The notes under the pieces: generated by a model
What the model was told of the DNA's origin: nothing
The model's input: the letters and a program-made list of their open reading frames with translations, nothing else
Databases searched by the model: none
Translations under genes and position numbers: made by a program
Assembly: GCA_963681965.1 (NCBI GenBank)
Contig: OY820579.1
Coordinates: 2,720,001 to 2,784,000 of the forward strand
Direction of reading: 5' to 3'
DNA from: a bacterium
Lineage (GTDB): Bacteria; Electryoneota; JAOADG01
Length of the DNA stretch: 64,000 nt
Part shown: piece after piece, positions 39,619 through 47,935 of the stretch
Layout: every line of letters begins with the position of its first letter
Position numbering within the stretch: the stretch's first letter is position 1

Positions 39619-40379
39619 TTGATATTCTTCGCACTCGCTGGAAACAAGGTCATCGCACGATCTCCTATCCCGATCAGCCGCCAACATTGCCGGATCGATT
39701 TCGCGGTCGTCCGGTGATTGATTCCGCAAAATGTACCGATGATTGTCGAATTTGTGTTGACGTTTGCCCGACAAAAGCGATTTTCCGACTTGATACCAAT
39801 CGCACTGAAATTGATTTAGGACGCTGCTTGTTCTGTACCGATTGTCTCGAGGCATGTCCGACAGGTGCAATTCGTCTTCAACAGGATTATCGATTATCTG
39901 CAAATCAGCGTGACCAATTGGTTGTTCCTGCTGAGAGTGAAGTACTCCCCAAAGTAACTGCGCTACACAAAGAAATACTCTGGTTGTTCGGTCGATCGTT
40001 GAAGCTTCGTGAAGTAAGTGCGGGGGGGTGTAACGGTTGTGAAGCCGATACCAATGTGTTATCGACGATCACTTTCGATTTAGGTCGCTTCGGAATTCAA
40101 TTTGTCGCTTCGCCGCGTCATGCCGATGGCTTATTGATCACAGGTCCAGTGACACAAAACATGAAGTTGGCACTCTTAAAAACTTGGGAAGCCGTTCCTG
40201 AGCCTAAAATCGTTATCGCTGTGGGTGCTTGTGCGATATCCGGTGGACCATTTATCGATCATCCCGAAATCAATAACGGCATTGGCGATTTGCTGAAAGT
40301 CGATCTATTTATTCCGGGTTGTCCGCCACATCCTATTACAATACTCGACGGATTGCTCGGATTATTGGCGCGAATCTAA
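39615..40379 (+). CDS. fused 2x[4Fe-4S] ferredoxin (HyfH/NuoI-like) and HyfI/NuoB-like small subunit
   Basis: CTDDCRICVDVCP and CLFCTDCLEACP; GGCNGCE, SPRHAD, GACAISGG, IPGCPPHP. Confidence 0.9.
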   Translation: MIDILRTRWKQGHRTISYPDQPPTLPDRFRGRPVIDSAKCTDDCRICVDVCPTKAIFRLDTNRTEIDLGRCLFCTDCLEACPTGAIRLQQDYRLSANQRDQLVVPAESEVLPKVTALHKEILWLFGRSLKLREVSAGGCNGCEADTNVLSTITFDLGRFGIQFVASPRHADGLLITGPVTQNMKLALLKTWEAVPEPKIVIAVGACAISGGPFIDHPEINNGIGDLLKVDLFIPGCPPHPITILDGLLGLLARI

Positions 40380-40400
40380 TGCAGAATTTATTGTAACATT

Positions 40401-40429
40401 AAAAAAGGCGCATGATGCGCCTTTTTTTT
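40401..40429. terminator. bidirectional rho-independent terminator
   Basis: aaaaaaggcgca-tga-tgcgcctttttttt. Confidence 0.85.
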
Positions 40430-40448
40430 ATTCTAAGTTCGATCGAAA

Positions 40449-41213
40449 CTATCTTCGTTTTTTCTTCCCTTCGGATTTCATGGCGTCGATTTGTTCCTTT
40501 GCACGTGCCGCTTCGGGAGTATCGGCAAAGTTGGTCATGATCTGCGACCAAGCCTCTTTTGCCCCAGTCGTATTGCCAGTGGCTTTGAATAGTTTACCCA
40601 ACTGCCAGAGTGCGGTTGGTGTCCGAGAAGTGGGTGGTGTGGCAGTACCTGCGGCACGGAAGTCGGCAATCGCACCGGAAGTATCCTTCGTCGCCAATTT
40701 TGCCTGACCTCGACCGAAGTAAGCATTCGGAGCGAGTGGGGAGGTCGCCCATCGTTCTAGAAACGTGGTATAACCGGCGATCGCTAATTCAAAGTTTCCA
40801 CGGGCATTGTCGGTTTCGGCAGCATCTAAAGCAGTACGCGCAGCGATTGTATCGATCTTGGTCGAGTCACCCATCATTTTCCGTCGAACTTCACTCATGC
40901 CCATTGCGACATCGGAGAATTTACCTGTCGTTTCCTGAAGACGCGATGAGAGGCGAGTAATTTGCTGCTCGATACCGTCGAGTTGACCGCCTACCGATGC
41001 TTTGAAACTGCGAATCAGTTGATCTTGTTGATCGATGCGTCGTTTCAGTTCGGTAATCGATGAATCGCGGCGTGCATCGTTCGCAGTTTGTGCTGCTTGA
41101 TTCGCGAGTAAGAGTTTTGTTTGATCGCGTGTGATATCGGTGTTTTCGTGGATTTGCTTGATTCCACAACCACTGGTTAAGATCACCAATATAAAAAATA
41201 GTAGTTTTTTCAT
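40449..41213 (-). CDS. cpoB: CpoB/YbgF-like coiled-coil plus TPR protein, here with a lipobox
   Basis: Lies downstream of pal. Lipobox-like LTSGC, N-terminal coiled coil, TPRs (A..GY..FL..W..SPLAPNAYF.RG; F.DTPEA). Confidence 0.75.
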   Translation of the reverse strand: MKKLLFFILVILTSGCGIKQIHENTDITRDQTKLLLANQAAQTANDARRDSSITELKRRIDQQDQLIRSFKASVGGQLDGIEQQITRLSSRLQETTGKFSDVAMGMSEVRRKMMGDSTKIDTIAARTALDAAETDNARGNFELAIAGYTTFLERWATSPLAPNAYFGRGQAKLATKDTSGAIADFRAAGTATPPTSRTPTALWQLGKLFKATGNTTGAKEAWSQIMTNFADTPEAARAKEQIDAMKSEGKKKRR

Positions 41214-41238
41214 TTGCGAATTCCGGATCTAAAACGAA

Positions 41239-41265
41239 GGCTGGGACTCGTTTGGAATCCCAGCC
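41239..41265 (-). terminator. hairpin between pal and cpoB (partial terminator or mRNA stabiliser)
   Basis: ggctggga...tcccagcc. Confidence 0.5.
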
Positions 41266-41287
41266 ATTCGATAAACACGTGTACTGA

Positions 41288-41881
41288 TTATTTCAAATTG
41301 AATGCAACGCGACGATTCTTCGACCATGCAGCTTCGGTATGTCCTTGTTCGGCTGGACGCTCTTTCCCATAGGAAATGGTGGTAACACGGTCAGTCGCGA
41401 TACCATAGTCTAGCAAGAACTTTTTAACGGATTGCGCACGTCGTTCGCCCAATGCCAAGTTATATTCGCTCGAACCGCGCTCGTCGGCATGACCTTCCAA
41501 CTGAACTTTCCAAGTCGGATAAGATTTCAGTAAGTTGCCATCGAACGATGCATCGGTCGTCATATCCTTGCGAATATTCGACTTGTCGTAATCGAAATAA
41601 ATGACCTTAATCGCAGCTTTGTCTTTTGCTTCGGCTTCTGCCTTCAAACGTGCTGCATCCATTTCAGCTTTTCGTTTGGCTTCATCTTCTGCACGTCGCT
41701 TGGCTTCGGCAGCAGCTTGTTCTTCGGCTCTCCGCTTGGCTTCTTCAGCAGCTTTGATTGAATCGAGATTAATTGTCGGTTTTGCATCTTCCTTCTTGGG
41801 TTTTGGACCGCAGCCGGTAGTCGATAACAATAAACCACCTGCCAGAGCAACCACAGCCAAACCGATCATTGAATACTTCAT
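41288..41881 (-). CDS. pal: peptidoglycan-associated lipoprotein Pal
   Basis: Lipobox TTGC. IYFDYDKS, LEGHADERGSSEYNLALGERRA, ISYGKERP, AWSKNRR. Confidence 0.95.
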   Translation of the reverse strand: MKYSMIGLAVVALAGGLLLSTTGCGPKPKKEDAKPTINLDSIKAAEEAKRRAEEQAAAEAKRRAEDEAKRKAEMDAARLKAEAEAKDKAAIKVIYFDYDKSNIRKDMTTDASFDGNLLKSYPTWKVQLEGHADERGSSEYNLALGERRAQSVKKFLLDYGIATDRVTTISYGKERPAEQGHTEAAWSKNRRVAFNLK

Positions 41882-41911
41882 AGATTTCCTCCAGTAATTG
41901 AATTTTGAAAA

Positions 41912-43222
41912 TTATTCGTTGGTTAGGGGTGGACCCCAGACCGGTCGTTGCGCGTCAACGCCACCGATGATAAAATCAACATCTCCCGTTTCGGGAGTTA
42001 GCAAAGCGATACCAGTTTCCCCGCGCCATACTGTTACAAAAGATATACGAAAACCCCCCGGTGTGAAAGCAGGATCTTTTTGATCTTCGGAATAATATAA
42101 TAAACGCTTGTGGGTAATTCCTGCAGGATCTGTCGAATACAATTGAAATACCCCATTTTCACGTCTAACGTAAACGATTTTATCTCCTTGAGGAGAATAG
42201 CAGGGTGAATCGTTGTATTCCCCTTCGAAAGTGAGCCGTCGAACGTCAGTACCATCCGAAGCCATCGAGTAAACCTGCGGGGTTCCACTCCGATCACTAG
42301 TAAAAGTAATACGATCCCCTTTCGGACTCCAGGAGGGTGAGGTCGAAATATCGTTCGGGGAGAATGTCAATTGCGTGCGGTTCGTTCCGTTGATGTCAAT
42401 GGTATAGATCTCAGTGTTACCGCCGACTGACGATGCGAACACTACCGTATGTCCGTCCGGCGAGATCGCCGGACTACTATCAACATGAGGTGATGAATAC
42501 AATACATGCGCTTCGCCGGTAGCGACTGATTGCAGCCACACATCGGCGTTGCCATTGCGAAAACTGGTAAAAGCGATCTTGGAACCATCGGGTGAAATCG
42601 AGGGGGACATTAAGATTGTCCCGAATTTCGAAAGCTGTTGCTTGTCTTCACCCATCGCATTGCAGGTGAATAGTTCTTGAGCGCCACCTCTGACACGATC
42701 GGCGTAATACATTCTCGCAGTTGCGAAACCGGGTACGCCGACAAGTTGCATTTGTAGTGTACTTCCAGCTAGCAATGCCCCATCGATCGGTTGATTAGCC
42801 GTTGCATACGATTTAAACCAATACGGTCGGACACCGTCACCGGCATACAACGATAAGGTAACTGCGCCTCCACTACTGGCTTTTCGGACTTCTAGCTTCG
42901 CATTGGGTATCAATACTCCGGGAACAAGTGTGTCAGGCATGCGATCGACAACTTTTACGGCACCCGAGATGTTTAAAACTTTTGTCAGTCGCTTCGACCA
43001 TTCCGAGGCTTCGTCGGAAGGGAGAAGCCAAGCTGAATCGGCTGATACCGCACCTGGGAAGAATAATACCGGTTTGGATACCCCTTGAGCGGTGCCCTGT
43101 AATACCACTTCTGGCTGTGCCGAAAAAGTAGTGTTATTGAAGAAACCAAGAGCCGCCACTAGGAGAACGAGTGTGGATACGTAGTGTGAGTTCGTAAGTC
43201 GATGGTGGCTGGTATATGACAT
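41912..43222 (-). CDS. tolB: TolB-like beta-propeller protein (PD40 repeats)
   Basis: SP.ISPDG.KIAFTS, SPSWSPKG.RI.FTSDRSG.PQVY, RRLTFEG.YNDSP. Immediately upstream of pal. Confidence 0.88.
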   Translation of the reverse strand: MSYTSHHRLTNSHYVSTLVLLVAALGFFNNTTFSAQPEVVLQGTAQGVSKPVLFFPGAVSADSAWLLPSDEASEWSKRLTKVLNISGAVKVVDRMPDTLVPGVLIPNAKLEVRKASSGGAVTLSLYAGDGVRPYWFKSYATANQPIDGALLAGSTLQMQLVGVPGFATARMYYADRVRGGAQELFTCNAMGEDKQQLSKFGTILMSPSISPDGSKIAFTSFRNGNADVWLQSVATGEAHVLYSSPHVDSSPAISPDGHTVVFASSVGGNTEIYTIDINGTNRTQLTFSPNDISTSPSWSPKGDRITFTSDRSGTPQVYSMASDGTDVRRLTFEGEYNDSPCYSPQGDKIVYVRRENGVFQLYSTDPAGITHKRLLYYSEDQKDPAFTPGGFRISFVTVWRGETGIALLTPETGDVDFIIGGVDAQRPVWGPPLTNE

Positions 43223-43307
43223 TTTACTCTTGATTAACCGTTTCCGGTCGATTAGGACGATTGCTGAAAGTACTTACCATGCTTATGTTACATCAGCACT
43301 GAGAGAA

Positions 43308-43333
43308 GAACGGGCGACTTAGGTCGCCCGTTC
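43308..43333 (-). terminator. hairpin downstream of tRNA-Lys
   Basis: gaacgggcgac-ttag-gtcgcccgttc, an 11-bp perfect stem. Confidence 0.75.
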
Positions 43334-43340
43334 CTAGGAG

Positions 43341-43414
43341 TGAGGGAGGCGGGATTCGAACCCACGACCCACGGCTTAAAAGGCCGGTGCTCTACCGGGC
43401 TGAGCTACTCCCCC
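43341..43414 (-). tRNA. tRNA-Lys(UUU); CCA not encoded
   Basis: Reverse complement GGGGGAG-TA-GCTCAGCCCGGTAGAGC-A-CCGGC-CTTTTAA-GCCGT-GGGTC-GTGGGTTCGAATCCCGC-CTCCCTC-A folds as a cloverleaf. Confidence 0.95.
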
Positions 43415-43498
43415 TACAAGAAAAAAGCGTTTTAGCAAACGCTTACAGAGTTCTAATATGCATCAGAAAATACTCCAAAAGCAAGTGCTCGCTCGAAC

Positions 43499-43527
43499 TT
43501 GACAAACGAGATCGAGAATCGTATATT
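43499..43527 (+). promoter_or_regulatory. near-consensus sigma70 promoter for the repeat lipoprotein
   Basis: TTGACA-N17-TATATT. Confidence 0.75.
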
Positions 43528-43670
43528 TATCGTGTTCGGCAACACCAGCGAGTTTTACTACGCTAACGTTGCAGACGGTAAGGCTCCCCGAAAGCGAGCA
43601 TCAAGTTAGGACGACTGACCGAAACCTTACCTAATAGGAAGGACGGCAGAAGTTGAAGAAAGGAATTACG

Positions 43671-44240
43671 ATGAAGAAGGTCTTATTTGGTTTATTGATC
43701 GTCGCATTGGTCATGTTGGTTGGCTGCGCGACTCCGGAACAAAAAGCTCAGAAATTGTTTGAGCAGGGCAAATACGAAGAAATCTTAGCTCAGTACGGTC
43801 AACTCCCGATCGCTGCCGAAGCGAAGAACAAAATTGCCGAAAAAATGTTCAACGAAGGCAAATTTGAAGAAGTATTGAAGACCTATCCGGATAGCCCAGT
43901 TGCACCGCAAGCCAAGGCGAAGATTGCCGAAAAATTGTTCAACGAAGGCAAATATGACGAAGTCATCGCCGGCTACGGTGATACCCCGTTCGCAATGCAA
44001 GCGAAGGACATGAAGGCAAAGGCTGAATTCGAAGCCGCGACCAAGGAAAAGAAGAAAGACGCCCAGAAGAAGATGTTGGAAGACATCGTTGCCAAGTACG
44101 CAGGTACGCCGACCGCTGCCAATGCACAGCAAATGATCGACGATATGAGCAAGAAGGGTGGCAAGAAGGGCGCAGCACCAGCTAAGGGCGAGAAAAAAGC
44201 AGCCGCAGCGAAGCCAGCAAAGAAAGCCGGCAAAAAATAA
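43671..44240 (+). CDS. lipoprotein with three 30-aa helical (TPR/BamD-like) repeats and a Lys/Ala-rich tail
   Basis: AAGGA RBS and lipobox LVGC. Repeats AxKxFxxGKxxExxxxYxxxPxAxxAKxKI. Tail KKAAAAKPAKKAGKK. Confidence 0.85.
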   Translation: MKKVLFGLLIVALVMLVGCATPEQKAQKLFEQGKYEEILAQYGQLPIAAEAKNKIAEKMFNEGKFEEVLKTYPDSPVAPQAKAKIAEKLFNEGKYDEVIAGYGDTPFAMQAKDMKAKAEFEAATKEKKKDAQKKMLEDIVAKYAGTPTAANAQQMIDDMSKKGGKKGAAPAKGEKKAAAAKPAKKAGKK

Positions 44241-44268
44241 TCACCCTAAGTGATTTGATTTAAGATCG

Positions 44269-44294
44269 ACCCCCAGTGAAAGCTGGGGGTTTTT
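44269..44294 (+). terminator. rho-independent terminator
   Basis: acccccag-tgaaag-ctgggggttttt. Confidence 0.85.
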
Positions 44295-44448
44295 CTTATC
44301 CATCAAATCCTGCTTTGTGACTTTCAGTTATGCTTGGAAAGAACTTATTGAAGCATCTGGACTTGGAGGGCTTGAACATTACAATGGTTTGAAGAATCGC
44401 TCTACTGTCTTTTTTATAGAATCTCTTGAAAATATGTTATTTTCGGTA

Positions 44449-44474
44449 GTAGGGGCGGATCCCCGCGTCCGCCC
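44449..44474 (+). repeat. REP-like element (GTAG tetranucleotide plus GC-rich palindrome)
   Basis: GTAG-GGGCGGA-tccccgcg-TCCGCCC. A possible decayed partner (aagggtggacccc) lies at ~44543-44555. Confidence 0.6.
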
Positions 44475-44712
44475 GCAGGTCAGGCGTAGCCTGACACCGA
44501 ATCATGATAACTTGTTTTCAAGTACCACTATAACAAATCATTAAGGGTGGACCCCAGAGGCTGTTCGAAGTTCAGATGAAGCCAGACACCACTGATTATA
44601 TAGAGATACTTTTGTTGAAGGTAGAGCGTTTTTGGTGAAGCAATTACTCAAGGCTGTGGAAGAACATGATCACATTCGGAAGACAATAAAGATACTATCT
44701 TCACATTCAAAT

Positions 44713-46371
44713 CTAATTAGTCGGTGGATTGATTACATAAATGCACTCACCATTCAAAACGTGTACTTCCCATCTGTCCCGGTAAGTATCAACCACCATC
44801 GAATATAGGTTGAACTGCTCGCCAATCGATTTGATCGTAAGGGGGGTTGCATCAAGGGCATCTTGCGTCACTAACACTCGATGTTTACCGACAATCAGCG
44901 TTCGATCAATTTTGTTTTTAAGATATTCTGTGGCAGTTAAATCGTTGGGAATATTGCGTTTTAATTCGCCATACGAAAGCACCTCCGCTGACGTACGGTG
45001 TCGTATCCCTTCAGCCATTACCCAATCGTATGCAGTCAAAATAAAGTCGCCAGGGGTAGCCATTGCAGCAATCGGGGTAGTTCTCGAATAGAAGTAATCG
45101 TACTTTCGGTTCCGTATCCATCTCATCGATCCAAATTCATTGGAAATTCCCAATGATAGTGAGACTAAAATAACCGGAAGGATGTATCCAAATCGATGAC
45201 TTACTGTCTTAGCGCGATGACCAATAAAAGCTAATATCCAGATGCAAATCGATTGAGGTATCCAGAATTCTACATTCGAAGAATCCCAAAATGAAAAGAA
45301 AGTCGTGTAGACGCATAGCCACAACAACACAGCTTGAACAATGATTTTTTCATTCGCTGATAAAGTTCGACGATTTTGAATTAATCTTGAAAGACCCAAT
45401 ACAACCCACCCACCAACCATAAGTGCCAGGATTGATAGCAGTATAGCGATGTTACTGTTTATTGATCGGGTTAAAAATAAATCTTCATCGATGAAAAAGC
45501 GTTGACGTAATGCATTGAGAGTACTTGGCGAAACAGGGAGGCGGTAAATGAATTGACCACCGATAAAGCTTTGCGTAAATCCATAGAGAATCTTGATTAG
45601 CGTAAAAGGTGAGATCTGGTTCCAGTAATTTGAATTGTGTGCATACAGTGTCAACCAGTTCCATGCCTCTGGTACTGAGGCAAATTTCTTTACACAAAAC
45701 ATTACATACAGATATGGGAGTGTGATCGCAGCATTCGCTGTAGTAATAAACAATATAATCGCATTTTTAATATCAGTATCGAGTGAATTTCTTCGGTAAT
45801 AAAGTACTCCCAGAAAAACGATCCCCCAGAGAATATTTACTTGATGAGTGAGAACTGCTAGCGAAAATGTGGTCGTCGCAAAAAGGATTCTTCCACTTGT
45901 GATTCGAGGGTGGGTAATGATATACAATGTTAGAACGATGAAAAATAGCGGTACTAGATAAACTTCCAAAGCTGTCGAGTATAACCAAAATCCGTATGAT
46001 AAGAGAATGGGGAGGAGCGATATTGCTGTTGTGAATCTTCGCCATTGCAAGCGATCGGTGAAAAGCCGGTATAGAGTTGTGATTACTCCAGCTCCGAAAA
46101 TGGAACTAAAAATCTGAAGAACTGTGAGACTGTCACCGGTAAAACTAAAAAACCGCCATAACTGTAACCAGCCGTAAGCAGCGATATGATAAAGCAAATG
46201 ATGGGGATTGATTAAATCGGATCCGCGAGTGATATCATTGATGTAAATAGCCGAATCTTTAGCTATCCCCAGATTATTCGTCAGAGTTGACACAAAAAAT
46301 AGAAGGCTAGTACAGTAAATGGTTACTGTCAGGAATTGCTGTGATTCTTTGTTAGTACTTGACATCATCAC
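44713..46371 (-). CDS. polytopic membrane protein, probable GT-C fold glycosyltransferase (DUF2723/ArnT-like)
   Basis: DS..Y...PHHLLY early loop, FW.YST..EVY, many TM segments, soluble C-terminal domain. Confidence 0.6.
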   Translation of the reverse strand: MMMSSTNKESQQFLTVTIYCTSLLFFVSTLTNNLGIAKDSAIYINDITRGSDLINPHHLLYHIAAYGWLQLWRFFSFTGDSLTVLQIFSSIFGAGVITTLYRLFTDRLQWRRFTTAISLLPILLSYGFWLYSTALEVYLVPLFFIVLTLYIITHPRITSGRILFATTTFSLAVLTHQVNILWGIVFLGVLYYRRNSLDTDIKNAIILFITTANAAITLPYLYVMFCVKKFASVPEAWNWLTLYAHNSNYWNQISPFTLIKILYGFTQSFIGGQFIYRLPVSPSTLNALRQRFFIDEDLFLTRSINSNIAILLSILALMVGGWVVLGLSRLIQNRRTLSANEKIIVQAVLLWLCVYTTFFSFWDSSNVEFWIPQSICIWILAFIGHRAKTVSHRFGYILPVILVSLSLGISNEFGSMRWIRNRKYDYFYSRTTPIAAMATPGDFILTAYDWVMAEGIRHRTSAEVLSYGELKRNIPNDLTATEYLKNKIDRTLIVGKHRVLVTQDALDATPLTIKSIGEQFNLYSMVVDTYRDRWEVHVLNGECIYVINPPTN

Positions 46372-46403
46372 TATTTGAATTATTTCTGATACTCTATCTG
46401 AGT

Positions 46404-47660
46404 TTATTCAGTTGAAACGTCTACTCTTCGCAAAGTGCTGGTTTCAGTATCCAATTTACTAATATAAATCATAGCCATGGACGCGAATATCCACACTATT
46501 GCGGCAACCATCAATGCGATGCGATTTCCAAACAAAAGCGTAATCGCCAATCCTAGAAATGGTGCAAATGAACCGCGAATACCGGTCGCAGCAATATGCA
46601 CCGATTGATAGACTCCGACATCTTCATTCGATCGGGCAAATCGCATCGCACTAAGGTGCCATAGTGTGTGAACACCACTCATAATGAAGCCGAACAATCC
46701 AAACGAGATAAATAGACCAATTTTTTGATACATACCAGTTAAAAAACCAGTGAAAATTAGAGCAATCGGAAATAGTGCGCCTAGTGCAAAAACTCGCGCG
46801 GAAAGACGCCGAGGTGTAGATCGATCGAAGACGTGTCCGAAGAAAGGGATACCAACGATCATGACTAGTTGAAATACTGTTCCTCGGGCTAAGCCGATAT
46901 CGGCATAATGGAGGTGAAGATCATCCACCAAATATAACGGGATGATTGGTAGTTGCATCATGAATGCGATACCGTATAACATGAAAGCAGCTTCAAATCG
47001 AAAAAAATCATGCCGTTTTCGCAAGAGTTGAAGTACTTCGCGCCAAGGGTCGAAGAATGTTTTTTTGCTAATGTAGTAGATCTTTTGGGGATCTGGCTTA
47101 GTTTTCACCGAGGAAAGCGCAATTATTCCAAAGAAAGCGACAATTCCAACTGTTAAGAACAATGATTGCCAATTTTGAGTCCCTTGATCGAGCCACCATC
47201 CGGAAAAAGCCGAAAAAATGGCTCCGATCAACATACTGATACTGTATGCGCGACCAAATACTCTTCCAGTATGAGTTTGAGCCACATATTGCTGGAGAAT
47301 TCGGCTTTGAGCCAAAGTATGATAGGGGCTTACAAAAGCGAAAACCGCAAAAATACAAAAAAGATGATAGAAATTGGTTAACCAAAAACCACTAAGAAAG
47401 GTAAGAACAGTAATCATACCGGTGAAAAAAATTGTCTTTCTTTGGTCCCTGCCTGAAAGGAGACGTCCAGTCCAGATAGAAGTAACACTGGCTAAAGGAA
47501 TGATCATTGTTAAAAATGTAATTTGTAATGGATTGGCTAATAGGGATTTACGAGAAATTACTTCGCCAAACTGCGATATCGCGTTGACGATTGAAAACAT
47601 CGATATAAAAAAATATAATCTACCGATTGCAGAATATTGATCTAGAAACCTCGGTTTCAC
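46404..47660 (-). CDS. MFS transporter
   Basis: About 12 TM helices. G..FDR, TG.VFG, YQSVH...TGIRG..AP..G. Confidence 0.8.
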   Translation of the reverse strand: MKPRFLDQYSAIGRLYFFISMFSIVNAISQFGEVISRKSLLANPLQITFLTMIIPLASVTSIWTGRLLSGRDQRKTIFFTGMITVLTFLSGFWLTNFYHLFCIFAVFAFVSPYHTLAQSRILQQYVAQTHTGRVFGRAYSISMLIGAIFSAFSGWWLDQGTQNWQSLFLTVGIVAFFGIIALSSVKTKPDPQKIYYISKKTFFDPWREVLQLLRKRHDFFRFEAAFMLYGIAFMMQLPIIPLYLVDDLHLHYADIGLARGTVFQLVMIVGIPFFGHVFDRSTPRRLSARVFALGALFPIALIFTGFLTGMYQKIGLFISFGLFGFIMSGVHTLWHLSAMRFARSNEDVGVYQSVHIAATGIRGSFAPFLGLAITLLFGNRIALMVAAIVWIFASMAMIYISKLDTETSTLRRVDVSTE

Positions 47661-47935
47661 AACTTTGTCTCTTATTAATCAGACAGAAAAAATCAGTGCT
47701 AGGCTGAATTGCACCTTGGAACAGAATAAATATGTGTATATTAGATAACTATTCAAACTACTTTTCAATTTCTACGACCCAATCTTCCAGTTCACTCAAT
47801 CAGAGACCGATAAGCTTTATAATTACAGTTCACTCAGATCAAATCGATAAATAAAGTATATCGCTCTTTTATCGGATCTCAAAATCTGGAAAACTTATTC
47901 TGCTACGTAGTAATCGCTTTCTGTGGGGGAAAAGC

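Noticed and set aside
43577-43631. Hammerhead ribozyme or c-di-GMP-I riboswitch
   Set aside because: It has a three-way junction and CGAAAC but lacks the CUGAnGA core and the NUH site. It also lacks the GCAAA/tetraloop-receptor pattern of GEMM.
44317-44544. 75-aa ORF across the REP-like element
   Set aside because: No RBS or family features. The VGADPRVRP peptide is just the translated REP.
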